Origin: Antedon mediterranea
Lineage: Eukaryota; Animalia; Echinodermata
DNA length: 64,000 bases
NCBI RefSeq assembly: GCF_964355755.1
Contig: NC_092678.1
Location: 15,030,371 to 15,094,370, forward strand
Direction: 5' to 3'
Below are positions 41,301 to 52,429 of the stretch, in pieces. A model generated the notes under the pieces. It was given only the letters and a program-made list of their open reading frames with translations. It was not told the origin of the DNA and did not search any database. The position numbers and the translations under genes were made by a program. Position 1 is the first letter of the stretch, and every line of letters starts with the position of its first letter.

Positions 41301-44105
41301 CCGGTTGATTACTATATAGTCCAGTATTAAACAGCACACGCATTTTACTTGTCTTGCTGCCAATGTAAATGCCATGTTTGTTTCTGAACATGACTTGATA
41401 CGGCGTAATATCATTTTACTACAATAATTCATGTTAATTTTATTATTATTTATTTATTATTATATGTTAATTTATTGAAACATACAGTAATTTATATTAT
41501 TATTTTTTCTCGTTTCTATTACAAATAATACTAACCATGTATCTATAATATTTGTGGGCACATATAATATACTAGCAGTAGTGTAAACTAGCTTGGAAAG
41601 TTTTAATTTCATTATTTTACCAAAATACATTTCTTTTTTCCCAAGCTTTTAACACCTTTTTTAATTTGTTGATCTTCTCACCTCAATTATTTTTGTGGCA
41701 TTTCTTGTTATTGTAATCAAACAAAGTACCAAATAATGTACAGGGTCATCAACTCACTGTATTCTAAATGATTCACAAAACATAATGTTTTGAAGATCCA
41801 CAATCATTTGATTTTCATTTTGGTTGAAAGTATGTATATGTTTCAAGAAATTAAAAACGAGGAATAAAATTAACATGAATTACTGTAGTAAAATGATATT
41901 ACGCCGTATCATGTCATGTTCAGAAACATGAATGGAATTTACATTTGCGACGACCCAGGGCACTTAAAAAGTAACGGAAAAAATGTAATGGAAGGGTAGT
42001 AGTAGACAAGTAAATGCAGGTTCTGTTTATTGTCCCTTGTCATATAGGCCTACTGGACAATATAGTAATCAACAGGAGCAGATACTCTATTAGAAGAGCC
42101 AGATTGCGTTATACAAGCACCAATTTATGTTAATCAGTGATTTTAAGGAACATAAACAAACAAAAAAACCTTACAAAACCAGTCTACTTCATTTAAATAA
42201 GTTTCAATATTTTTTTTTATCTCCAACCGAAAGTATCTTATCGTCAGCTAACTTAGCAATTTAATCTCCTGTAGTTTCTATCCAAATTTAGATTTAACTA
42301 AACATAATAATAGCTTGCCTGCTAGTAATAACAACTGTCTTAGTAAAGGTTTATGAGAGATAATCTGAAACAAACATTTTGTGTTTTTAAAAATTAAAAA
42401 TAATATGTATAATTAATATTATGCTAAGCCAAAAAATAAATCTGAAATATTAGCTATACACGCGTTGATAATAGTAAAGGTGTAGTCGAATGAAAGAAAT
42501 ACAAGTAATTGCTAAATGATGGTATTATTACATAATTTACCGACCCGTTTTATATTCATGAAATTTGCTAATATACCTAAAATCTAGATGTTTGTAATGG
42601 ACCATATGTATATCATATTATCATTTTTGTTTTTTTTTTTCTTTCTACGTTTGTGTTAATTTTACTATTGGAGTTCTATATGTTTTAAAGCATATTTTGG
42701 AAAATGGCGTTAATTTCTAAATTGTTGTGTGTTAATGTTTACGTTTTTCGTGCGTTGATTTTACGAGTTGCGTTGTGGCCCTACATACTCTCACCTTATA
42801 AACATACATATTGTTTTACTAATAGAACTCTACATATTATAAAGCTTATTTTGTTAGAAAACTGTTTTACGAATTGAGTTTTTTTCAATTTTTTTTACTT
42901 TTGCATTGATTTTACGATTTATAAATAAATATTATGTATTGTTTTTCTGATATTGATTTTTGACAATATGAATTGTATTTGTTACAGGTGTTGTTGGAGC
43001 ATCAAGTTCATATCCAGGTATGTTAAGTTCTGTCTACACTATCAAACTTTATGTGACAAAAAAAAAGTGATGTGCCCATATATGGACCATATTTAAGCAT
43101 ATCGCTACCCTCTTTCGGAACATCACACTTTTTTTGTCAAACTAGTTTGATAGTGTAGACAGAGGTTTAGGTTTGTTGGTTGTAGTGGTTTAGATTAGTG
43201 GATATTAATTACAATGCACTACAGTCGAACTCACTGTCGCTCATTGATAGAACAGAGAACTGTAAATATGAGTGAAGTGAATTTTACGTTTAACAATTGA
43301 TAACATTCGGTGCCATGTTTAAAACATTTATATAAAGTAACCTCTCATTTGTATACTTGTTAGGCCATGGAAACGAAATTGATGGTTATGATAATGAAAG
43401 AATGATCTAGAGTCACATAAAAGTATGCACAATAATAAATGTTCACTATAAAGTGTACAGTGTACAAGGATACTGAGTGGTGTTTCATTACTTTATATTA
43501 TAATCACAATCTTATAGCAAATGACAACAGTGATTATAATCATGTTAACCTATTATGCTGAATTGATTACATATTGTAAAATTGCTTTATTTAACCATGT
43601 AGATCTTTCGGAAGATGAGTTTAAACAGTTAATTACAGAATTTGCACAATGGTATGATGAACGTGGACTCCTTAACAGACTGAAAGTTCTGTTCAAAGAA
43701 ATGCTAGGCGACTTTGAAGCGTTGAATAGAGTTACCAGTACATTCGACCTGTTAGCACTGTTAACTGATTCTGGGCTGTTGAGTCGACAAAAAATGTCTG
43801 TACTGTATGATACAATACAGATAACTAAACAAAATGGCTTTGAGGACATGGTTAAAAATAAGCTTCCTTTTTTCCAAAGTTTTAAGACCCAAACTACATT
43901 GTCATTTTCACCACATACCATAAATCTGTTTAATCTGGGAAAAAGTCTCAGTGACTTAGATATGAAAACTCTTGATGGACGTTTCAACTTCCCTGTTCTT
44001 AAGAAGTATGACGACAGGTGGAGTTTGATTTTGGATTTGGAATCACGAGGGTTGCTAAGTGAAGATAAACTTGAATCAGTTGAGAAGGACGTTTTGAAAA
44101 GATGA
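14235..44105 (+). CDS. Gene 1: ankyrin repeat - Roc - COR - tandem DED ROCO protein (spliced, 5' end not seen)
   Basis: GT-AG exons in consistent phase. ANK exons: 14235-14339, 14581-14691, 15758-15859, 16096-16206, 26323-26427, 26916-27020, 27215-27319, 27703-27807. Then 31684-31768, 33198-33363, 33628-33725, 33975-34043, 34575-34723, 35521-35610, 35755-35946, 37608-37853, 39155-39349, 39502-39654, 39741-40040, 40322-40417, 40530-40734, 42988-43017, 43603-44105; these last 15 exons total 2577 nt and stay open to TGA. Confidence 0.85.
14581..14691 (+). CDS. Ankyrin exon B1 (37 aa, phase 0-0)
   Basis: tttttag|EGINALHIHLSDRYVKPTLEIVTNLINLGVSPTLQNK|gtaaag. Confidence 0.75.
15758..15859 (+). CDS. 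Ankyrin exon A2 (34 aa, phase 0-0)
   Basis: cacag|NGYTPINIYLERDDVKLEILYCLITNGESPTLPK|gtaatt. Confidence 0.7.
16096..16206 (+). CDS. Ankyrin exon B2 (37 aa, phase 0-0)
   Basis: tttag|EGSNALHIHLSGRYVKPTLRIVTTLIKLCVSPTLQNK|gtaaag. Confidence 0.7.
16514..16830 (-). mobile_element. tRNA-derived CORE-like SINE
   Basis: Reverse strand reads GGAGCACTGTGGTGCAGTGG...GGTTCAAGCC...CCTTGAGCAAG...ATAAATGGGTACC; absent from the paralogous site at ~14990; imperfect TSD aagtgc..tacgta. Confidence 0.8.
17216..17445. repeat. 76-bp subterminal tandem repeat x3
   Basis: Unit starts at 17216, 17292 and 17368 (cgtttagatt.taaa.gcatagcttgtaccc...). Confidence 0.9.
19151..20587 (-). mobile_element. Non-autonomous Helitron, copy 1
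   Basis: Reverse strand A|TC...hairpin GATGGTACGCGAGCGAAGCGAGCGTACCATC-TAG|T; no TSD; highly similar to copies at 27914 and 58416. Confidence 0.9.
20806..24711. mobile_element. Non-autonomous TIR element with TTAA TSD (Kolobok-like)
   Basis: TTAA|GAGCCATTGTCTGTAA...TTACAGACAATGGCTC|TTAA; imperfect inverted homology extends ~500 bp inward. Confidence 0.8.
22443..22973. mobile_element. pogo/Tigger-like MITE
   Basis: TA|CAG...GGGAGGTTCAACTG|TA with repeated AAGCGGCCAC motifs; left TIR partly deleted. Confidence 0.6.
26323..26427 (+). CDS. Ankyrin exon C1 (acceptor disrupted by transposon)
   Basis: DGNTPLHEYLRSNKPTLEIVDYLRKQGASITAQNK|gtacag; AG intact, but the native pyrimidine tract is displaced 9.1 kb upstream. 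Confidence 0.65.
26916..27020 (+). CDS. Ankyrin exon C2
   Basis: gaaag|DGNTPLHEYMRSNEPILEVVDYLTKQGASVTALNK|gtaata. Confidence 0.8.
27215..27319 (+). CDS. Ankyrin exon C3
   Basis: ctatag|DGNTPLHEYMRSNEPTLEVVDYLTKQGASVTALNK|gtaatt. Confidence 0.85.
27703..27807 (+). CDS. Ankyrin exon C4
   Basis: ctatag|DGNTPLHEYMRSNKPTLEVVNYLRKQGASITAQNK|gtgata. Confidence 0.85.
27914..29356 (-). mobile_element. Non-autonomous Helitron, copy 2
   Basis: TC/CTAG ends, A|T target; the paralogous intron at ~26530 is an empty site. Confidence 0.9.
29783..29806 (+). pseudogene. Truncated ankyrin pseudo-exon C5
   Basis: tttatag|GAC TGA AAC ACC CCA CAG CAT GAA: stop at codon 2, then homology breaks off. Confidence 0.8.
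30395..31253. mobile_element. Helentron-associated (HINE/DINE-like) element with nested RTE-like LINE 3' fragment (~30443-30680, minus)
   Basis: Absent from the paralogous intron at ~27540; terminal palindrome TACCTCCTTGGCGGAGGTA and a related CATACATCCGCC near the other end; nested PGKRRRGGPRCKWENNI...EDRRRF. Confidence 0.6.
31684..31768 (+). CDS. Ankyrin C-cap/linker exon of gene 1
   Basis: ttatag|EGKTAVSILEENTQIEQTKQMMILEYFD|gtaagt, phase 0-1. Confidence 0.8.
33198..37853 (+). CDS. Roc GTPase domain exons of gene 1 (running into the start of COR)
   Basis: PPEI..MG..AI..Y pre-Roc motif; G1 GKEGAGKTS; G2 PSTDGI; G3 WDYAGQ..YYITH; G4 LVATHIDK; then IPLKWL at the COR start. Confidence 0.92.
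36299..36615 (+). mobile_element. tRNA-derived SINE with Deu/Nin-like domain (intronic)
   Basis: A box TGGCCGAGCGG, B box GGTTCGAGGC; TCGGATAAGGACTATAAACGTAGGTCC...TTAAAGAACC...GAGTAGGGGG..CCCCGGTGT. Confidence 0.75.
38904..39054 (-). mobile_element. Helitron 5'-end fragment (same family)
   Basis: Matches 29207-29356 including the A|TC terminus. Confidence 0.85.
39155..40734 (+). CDS. COR and post-COR exons of gene 1
   Basis: AIRYMNDIGKIMY..TVITN, EEGILEEKLLRYLW, FLVPCQM, FLPEAVYHTLVV; ends in Cys/His-rich VCDAC..HHLVDL..C..PCG. Confidence 0.85.
41222..42145. mobile_element. MITE-like element with ~220-bp imperfect inverted repeats
   Basis: 41222-41445 is the inverse of ~41863-42145 (aaaatcactgattaac.../...gttaatcagtgatttt). 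Confidence 0.7.
42988..43017 (+). CDS. 30-nt linker micro-exon (phase 1-1)
   Basis: ttacag|(G)VVGASSSYP|gtatgt. Confidence 0.65.
43026..43166. mobile_element. 141-bp Harbinger/Tourist-type MITE
   Basis: TIR CTGTCTACACTATCAAACT, TTA TSD (43023-25, 43167-69). Confidence 0.8.
43603..44105 (+). CDS. Terminal exon of gene 1: two divergent death-effector-domain (DED)-like units
   Basis: FKQLITEFA...LKVLF...TFDLLALL..SGLLS...VLYDTI, then FSPH..NLFNLGKSLSDLDMKTL...WSLILDLESRGLLSE; DED-like helical pattern. Confidence 0.75.
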
Positions 44106-45889
44106 AATGAAATTAAGCTGACTTGCGGTGGTCTACATTTCACCACTACTGCAATCAATGTACCTATGCATTACTATACTATACAAATAAGATGAATTTA
44201 CAGTACATAGGCCTATCTGTCATAATTGCACCATTGGTTTTTATATTTGTGTTACTCTTGTTCATTATTGTTGTGATGTAATGCGGGAGTGTCATATACC
44301 TATGCAATACCGTGATACAGTTGTATTATTAATATTCAGTAGCATAGTATAATTTAGTAGCTTTATAGGTTTTAAATGTCGGTATGATATTATGAATTGA
44401 TTTTATAATACTGAATTTTAATACAGTTAGTACATTATTGTCTTAAAAGTGGCGATGACACCTAAGCGTAATACTCAGGCACATACGATGGGTAACTCCA
44501 CATCCGTCTGTGTTCTTGGTATTATGCTTTACAGTGCTGGTACCCATTCAGTACAAATAAAAATATCTTCCCAAATCAACATTTCATGCATTTAAGCAAA
44601 CTGGAAAGATCCGGAGTTTATTAGTCGTAACAAAAAACTGGTCCACACATTTATTTACCAAACTAGGCATATGGCCTACCTTTTTTTACATTTAGTAGAT
44701 GTCATTGCTACACTTAGTTTGCTATTCTTTAACTCCTTTAAAAGAGTTACGATTCGTTATTATAGTTTGAACATGGAGAGTACCAACATAACCACTATGT
44801 TTTTAAGGATGTGTGTGTATGCCCGGTTGTTCAATGCTTTGTATTTTTATAATTAATATATGTCTATATTTTTTCGAATTTCGTGAAAATACATAATAAA
44901 AAACAAACAAACTATATTATAGTTCAAGCCCTATTGCAAGACATAGCGAACAAGCTACTTAACAGATTAATTATAAATACTGCAGCAAAACTCACCGGCA
45001 TCAAATTAAACAACCGTAAACAGTTAAAGTTCAAAGAGTTACATTGACCATCGGTAATTTTACGAATTCAAATGTTTTTTTTCTAAAATATAATCGTTGC
45101 TCCAGTGATCGTATGTTCCTAACTTTTATTATGTTTAACATGTTAACGTTTTCATCAATATCATACTGTGTTTTTGTATTTCAAATCTTGTTTTAAATTT
45201 GATTTGTATGTTTTTAACTGTACAGTGCATGCATGCCTACAATATTATTTTGTGTCTAACACATGATGTAAATATAGAAGACAATAAACTACCGGTACTA
45301 GCTATGTTTTGTCATTTTACTGAAACAGGTATGCATGTGAACTTATCGTTTATTTTTTTTTTTAATTTAAGAATACTTCCTACTTTTTTCAAACATCTTT
45401 AATCTGTTTACATTTGAAGAAAATGTGATCTTCACCATCAGTGATGCCACACTGTTTACAATGTTTGTTATCTTTTAATTTCCAGATGTATAGTGTTACG
45501 GGCTCGCTCGTTATGCTGAAACCAACAATAAGAACATAAAAAAACACGTTGTAGTTGTCGTCCATCTTTATTCATCTCCCCTCTTTTCCTCTAGAGGGCT
45601 CACTTCAGTGTGAGAAACCCATCACACACCCCCACTTAAAGAAAGTTTGATATGATTAAACTTATAACGGTTTACTATAACATCTTAAATCTTTTCTTAT
45701 ACAGTAGTTATTTTAACAGGTCGTTGATATGAATTTACTTCAACTGCTTCTTTAAAATTTCACAAGTTATAATTACTTTAAATCCGTGTATGCCATTAAT
45801 GCATCACTCTATCACAACTAACATATTATAATTAAATAAACACTTTTAAAATCAACAAAACTTTTAAAATCATTTCATGCATGTTTTAT

Positions 45890-46903
45890 CTAAACTCTTG
45901 ACAAAGCGTCAGCTACAACATTGTCTTTTCCTCTGATATGATGAATTTCCAGATTCATTTCTTGAACTGCTAAACTCCATCTCAACAAGCGTTGATTCTT
46001 GTCCTTCATTCTTGCCAAGAAAGTTAATGGGTTGTGGTCAGTCCACACTACAATTGGAAACGGAGTAGATCCAAGATACACTTCAAAGTGCTTTAACGCT
46101 GACATCAAAGCTAATGTCTCCTTCTCAACAGTAGAATAACGTTTCTCATGCAGGTTGAATTTTCTGGAGTAGAAACACACAGGCTTGTCAACACCGTTCT
46201 CGTCTGTTTGCGCCAACACAGCACCAGAACCAACATCACTGGCATCAATCATTAACGAGAACTGTTTATCAAATTGTGGAGCCATCAACACCGGTTCGTT
46301 TGATAACATTGCTTTAACTTTAATGAACGCATTATTGCATTCCTCCAACCACACAAAGCTCGCATTCTTTTTCAGCAGATTCGTTAATGGAGCTACAAGC
46401 GTTGAGAAACTTCTGCAAAAACGTCGATAAAACCCAGCCATTCCCAAGAACCGCATTAACTCCTGCTTACTCTTTGAAACTGGGAAATCACAGACTGCCT
46501 TAATCTTAGCACTTAATGGTTTCACTTTTCCGCAACCAACTTTATGACCTAAAAACACAATTTCTGCACAGGAAAACTCGCTTTTCACCAAATTTACTGT
46601 CAACTTTGCAGCTGTCAACCTGTCAAACAATGCCTTAATTCTCTGCACATGTACAACCCATGTATCACTATAAACAACCAAATCGTCTATATAAGCTTCA
46701 CAGCCCTCCAACCCTGAACTTATACCATTAACCAATCTCTGGAACGTGGCTGGTGCATTCTTTAAACCGAAAGGCATGACCTTATACTGATAAAGACCCA
46801 TAGGAGTTACAAAAGCTGACACTTCTTTCGCACGCTCGGTTAAAGGAATTTGCCAGTAACCCTTTAGAAGATCAAATTTACTGACAAACTTAGCACTACC
46901 CAC
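45890..46903 (-). pseudogene. Reverse transcriptase / RNase H part of pol
   Basis: DLLKGYWQ, MPFGLKNAPATFQR, YIDD, FLGH, DASDVG, EKE, TDH, NVVADALSR. Confidence 0.95.
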
Positions 46904-47207
46904 ACGATCAATACAGTCGTCTATCCTCGGTATGGGATATGAATCTGTAGTAGATTTGGCATTAACCTTCCGATAATCAGTACAAAAGCGATACGATTTA
47001 TCTGGCTTCGGAACTAATATACATGGAGAACTCCAAGCACTGCAACTAGGCTCGTGTAATCAATCTCATTTTGTAATATCTTCATCTTGAACGGATTTGC
47101 TCTATATGGATTTTGTTTTATTGGTGAACAATCAGCTGTCTTAACGTCATGCTCCACTAAGTTCGTTCGACCTGGAACATCCGAAAACAACTGCAGATTT
47201 CCAAATA

Positions 47208-49047
47208 TCAAACTAACAATTTCAACCTTACGATCACGAGATAAATGACCAACTTTCTCTTCAATGTTTGCAAGAACATCTGAATTACTGAACTTAACAC
47301 ATGTATCAGGATCACCAAACTCTTCAGAATTGACGTACAGGTATCAATTTTATTTCTCGCTGTGTATGGTTTCAACATGTTTATATGACACAGTCGCTTC
47401 TTCTTACGCCTATCTGGAGTATCTAACACATAGTCAACTTCTCCTACTCTTTCTAATACTTTGTAAGGACCAGCAAATCTTGCAGATAATGGTTGACTGG
47501 GAAGAGGCAACATAACTAACACTTCATCACCTTCTCTTTTCTGATTTCCTAACAAACAATCTCTTCATTTTACCCTGAGCCTTCACAAGATTCTTTCTAG
47601 CCATCTCACGAGCACGATTTAATCGATCACGAAACTCAGACACATAATCTAGTATCGATACAGACTCTTCTGAATTCCCTAACAGCCTTTCTTTGACTAT
47701 TTTAAGAGGGCCTCGGACCGAATGACCATACACCAACTCAAATGGGCTAAACCCTAAGGACTCTTGCACTGTTTCACGAACAGCAAATAACAATAAGGGA
47801 ACTCCCTCATTCCATTCCTTTTCACATTGAAAACAATAGGTTTTAATCATATTCTTAAGTGTTTGATGAAATCTCTCAAGTGCCCCTTGAAACTGTGGAT
47901 GGTAAGCACTTGAACTTATATGGGCAACACCTAACTGCTCTAAGACTTGTTTAAATATCTTTGACATGAAGTTTCATCCTTGATCGGACTGAACAGCTTT
48001 AGGCAATCCTACCCATGTAAAAAATTTGACCAATGCTTTAACAACATTCTTAGCTGTAATACGCCTAAGAGGAATCGCTTCTGGAAACCTACTTGATGCA
48101 CACATTATTGTTAATAGATACTCATTTCCATTTTTAGTACGTGGTAATGGACCCACACAATCAACAATAACCCTTGAAAATGGTTCACCGAATGCAGGAA
48201 TAGGCTTAAGTGGGGCTACTGGAACCTTTTGATTAGGCTTCCCCACTACCTGACACGCATGACAGGATTTACAATAGTTAGACACATCTTTTCTAAGACC
48301 TGACCAAAAGAAATGCCTGAGAATTTTGTCTACCGTTTTATTGACACCTAAATGCCCTGAAAGAGGATCATCATGCGCAATACCAATAATATCCTGACGG
48401 TATCCACTAGGAATAACTATCTGGTGAATCTCATTCCAAACATCACTACTTGGAATATCTGGTGGCCTCCACTTACGCATAAGTATGCCATCCTTTATAT
48501 AATAACAAACAGGAACAATAGACATTTCCTCTACAGAAAGAGCTTGCTGACCAAATGACACCAAATCAGGATCATTACTCTGCTCTTCCACTAACCTAGA
48601 CCAATTGAGAACTGTCGGACCGAAATCACACACTTTTGGGTGCTGTTGTTCAGCCTGGGCAGTGTGTGACTTGGGACCTGAGCAGACAGCCTCTTGGGAA
48701 ACGCGATCTGTAATTTCTCCGTAAAAACTATCACATAAGTCAATACTCTCATCCTCATCTATGGTTTTATTTGCCATAGATCGCGTCACCGCACATGATG
48801 GAAACACATGTGATAATTCTTTCTCTAAACACACCGTGTTTTCGTCTTCAACAGGACTCTTGCACACAACCGGTTCTACTGTCACTCTGTCTCCGGCCAA
48901 ATCATTCCCCAAAAGGAGTGTGACACCCCATACTGGAAGACTCGGAACGACACCGACAACAAAATCTCCGCTAACAATATCTGTTTCAATCCGAATTACA
49001 TGAAGTGGGACTTCCTTATAACCCCCTTCAACACCTTGAATGAGCAC
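47208..49047 (-). pseudogene. Integrase part of pol (frameshifted)
   Basis: H..H..C..C zinc finger, VDCVGPL, SDQG, LERFHQTLK, GPY; split over three ORFs. Confidence 0.92.
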
Positions 49048-49077
49048 ACTTGCTCCAGCAGAAGACTCGTTTGAAAA

Positions 49078-50511
49078 TTACAATGCCGATTCTATTATCA
49101 GGGATTGTGACGCCCCTGTGTCTCTTAAGACACGAACTTTACTCAGATTCACATCGTTGATCAATGCTACAGAACCAGTAGAGAGGAAAGGCTTAAATAG
49201 CTTTCGCACTTTTTCCGGACCTGAAGATTGGATCAACTTCTCACATTCATCAACGTCATGACTCGCTGTCACTTTCAACGGGACTGTATTTACTAACGTG
49301 TTTGGAAGTGATTGGGGTTTCTTATTATCCCCTTTAGATTTGCATTGAAACAGCCAGCAATCTGCCTTTATATGACCCTTTTTCTTGCAGTAAAAACAAG
49401 TTCTGACAAATTTACTACTACTATTAACTGTAGTTTTCTGACTTTGGACCTTAGAATCATCAACAGATTTGGAAACCGATTTGGTATCCACCACCTTGTG
49501 CGTGAGCACATAATTATCGGCAACAGAAGCCGCTTTCCTTAAATCATCAACTTTCTGCTCCTCTAGATGTGTTCGAACTTCAGTAGGGGAACAAGATTTA
49601 AACTCCTCAACTAACATAAGCTCACGAAGCTTTCCAAATTCACCCTTTTCTCGTTCCGAACTACACCATCTATCAAAAAGAATCTGCTTCTTACGTGCAA
49701 ATTCTGTAAACGTTTGATCATAAGGTTTACCTAAGTTCCTAAATTTCTGACGATACGCCTCTGGAACTAACTCATAAGTTGACAAAACAGCAGTTTTAAC
49801 CGCATCATAGCTTTCACATTGATCATCAGCCAATGCAGAAAATACCTCTTGGGCTTTACCCACAAGAGCAGTTTGTAAAAACACAGTCCAGTGTCTAGCA
49901 GGCCACTTTAATCTATTAGCAATTTTCTCAAAAGCTAAAAAATATGTCTCTACCTCGTCCTCATTAAACTTGGGAACCCATTTAATATTCTGAGTAATCT
50001 CTGAATCATTAGGTGTAGAAACCCGTGTGGTGTGACCCATTTGGTTAGCTAATTCTAATTTCTTTAACTCAAATTCATGTTTTTCTTTTTCCATTTCTCT
50101 TTGAGTTTGCATCTCTATTTTTCTTCTTTCAAAAATCAATTTTTCACGTTCCAACTCAATTCTAGCCAACTCGACCTCATTCCCCGCAGTTTTTACGGAT
50201 TCATGAGTAATTAAACCAACATGATTTCCAATCACATTTATCAAGTCATATTTATTCATGGTATCATTTATAGATGCTCCAACCCTAGTACCTAGGAGTC
50301 GCAAACGCTCCTCTGATAGCTGAGCTACCACCTCAATGGACATGCTATCCAAAAATTCCTCGTCAAAATCACTTTCTGACATAGTTTCTATTCGAAACAA
50401 ACAAACAAAAACACAGGTTAAAATAACCAATATGACGATAATTAAGGCACCAGTAATGAAATACCTGCCAAGCCCACACAGTATTAAACCTACCGTGCGC
50501 CGTGGTCTCAA
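49078..50511 (-). pseudogene. gag (SCAN-like capsid region, CCHC knuckle) + aspartic protease start
   Basis: VPEAYRQKFR, LVEEFK, CFYCKKKGHIKADC, RDTGASQS followed by a premature stop. Confidence 0.9.
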
Positions 50512-51900
50512 TAACTAGACCCCTAAAATAAAAGCCAAACCGACTTCTACTATCACAGGCAAGCCTACACAAGCCTAAAACAACAACACAGTGTACTGGC
50601 TCGACGACCACCAAACCTCGTTCGTTATAAAACGCCTCTAAACCTAAAACCAGCTTAGAATAAGTAACTAAAATTACCATCAGTTCGATCTACAACTACA
50701 ATTCCGTACTTTGTTCCCGGATGACCCCCCAATTTGGTACGGGCTCGCTCGTTAGGCTGAAACCAACAATAAGAACATAACAAAACACGTTGTAGTTGTC
50801 GTCCATCTTTATTCATCTCCCCTCTTTTCCTCTAGAGGGCTCACTTCCGTGTGACATCACAATAGCTTTTGCTTTGTAGTGCAAAACATTGTAATTTAGT
50901 TTTGCTAAATGTGTATTTTTCATTTAACATACCCTTGATATTATTTTTTTTCTTTTATTATAAATAACGATTATCTAATTATTTGATTTTGAGCATCTCA
51001 ATTTTGCTTGTAATACAAATACTGTGTCTTGATATGTAATGTAAATAATATGATGTGGCTGCCAAATTTTTTATTTATTCATAATCGTTTCCGATATTAA
51101 ATATATGACATATTCCATTCAGTTTGGAGTTGTGTGCTTTCTTTTTTTCTCTACTTTTTTTGCTGTCTTCCGGTGACATAAATAACAGTTATTTTTAGGC
51201 CAATTTCAGGACGACAAAATGATGTCTATTTAGGACAACGTTTAAAGTTTGATGTGTATGCTGCACTAAACGTCAAATTAAAACAATAGGTATACTGCAT
51301 AGAACTGCATTATACGATCCGATATTATTTATTGGCATGTTTATAAACAAGGTACAAATGAAATGTGGTTGGTTGATTGTATTTATTTAGACAAACGAAT
51401 ACAAAACAATGCGTCGTAACCAGTGATTTTAAATTAAAGAGATCTTACAGATTTGTTATTAAAGACATGGTTGAATAAACGAATGCTTGTCGACAGTCTT
51501 TAGTGTTTTGATTCAGAGTGAATGTTATAGTCTATAGAGAAAGTTTGATTTAATGCTTCTTTCAGATTGACCCTAATTTGTCAGGTACCTCCTTTGTTTT
51601 CAATCCCTTTCTTAGTACATTTCACTAAATTTGAGACAATTACGAATTAAAATAACGCTATACGAGCAGGTAAAAAATGACAAAATGCGCACAATAATTG
51701 CAAAAAGTGCTGAAAAGTAAAAGAGAAAAAGGCAATTTTAAAATGAAAATAATTCTTCAGAATAAACGATGACCCTCACTTTTTTAATTTATTCTGGAAG
51801 TCATTGAGTTGTAGATATGCATTCATGTACACATTTGAGCTACAAAATATTGTGACGTCATCAAATGGCCACGAGTCAATTTAATTTGTTTTTCTCTTTT

Positions 51901-52071
51901 CAAATATTATCACATTCAACAGAACGCATCTTGATTATTTTCGTAAAATACTATCATATTCAACAGAACGCATCTTGATTATTTTCGTCAAATACTATCA
52001 CATTCAACAGAACGCATCTTGATTATTTTCGTCAAATATTATCACATTTAACAGAACGCATCTTGATTATT
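51901..52071. repeat. 44-bp minisatellite, ~3.9 copies
   Basis: Unit caaatattatcacattcaacagaacgcatcttgattattttcgt. Confidence 0.9.
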
Positions 52072-52429
52072 TGTGCCCGATTTTCCCTCAAATTTTGATA
52101 TGTGCTTGTTCAATTAGTTATCTTTCTCATGACTAAACACCTAAATAACGTAGGTCATGTAATGAAAGCTGAAAAATGTACAATTCATACATAAATCAAG
52201 CCAATATTTTGCGATCATATTTTAACATAAGTGAATGTTTTTTTAAATTAACTTTCAGCAAAATTATATAAATGATCACCTATAATTCGTCAAATCGAAG
52301 ACTTAAATTCTAGTTTTATGAATGTTATAATAGGTTCAGTGTTGTTTTAAGTGTTTATTAGAATTATGGTAAAGGAATTATTAGGTAGGTCTAATAAATA
52401 CTACCACTGTTTACCAGCTTGAGTTAAAT

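Larger units (their letters stand above)
45494..50861 (-). mobile_element. Gmr1-like Ty3/Gypsy LTR retrotransposon, full-length but decayed
   Basis: LTRs 45494-45626 and 50735-50861 (TG..CA), ATAG TSD, tRNA-Pro-like PBS (TGGGGGGTCATCCGGGA), PPT-like TTTAAGTGGGGGTG; order gag-PR-IN-RT-RH. Confidence 0.95.

Noticed and set aside
43521-43602. ATG at 43521 as the start of a stand-alone DED gene
   Set aside because: The N-terminal part reads like intron sequence; an acceptor at 43601-43602 joins in the correct phase to upstream exons
33198-44105. Assigning a gene symbol such as LRRK2, DAPK1 or MFHAS1
   Set aside because: No kinase, LRR or WD40 seen; the architecture matches none of them
43553-44158. 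201-aa minus-strand ORF
   Set aside because: Antisense shadow of the DED exon; no recognisable motifs
51901-52071. Possible CRISPR array
   Set aside because: Head-to-tail 44-bp units with no unique spacers and no cas genes, in eukaryotic context: a minisatellite
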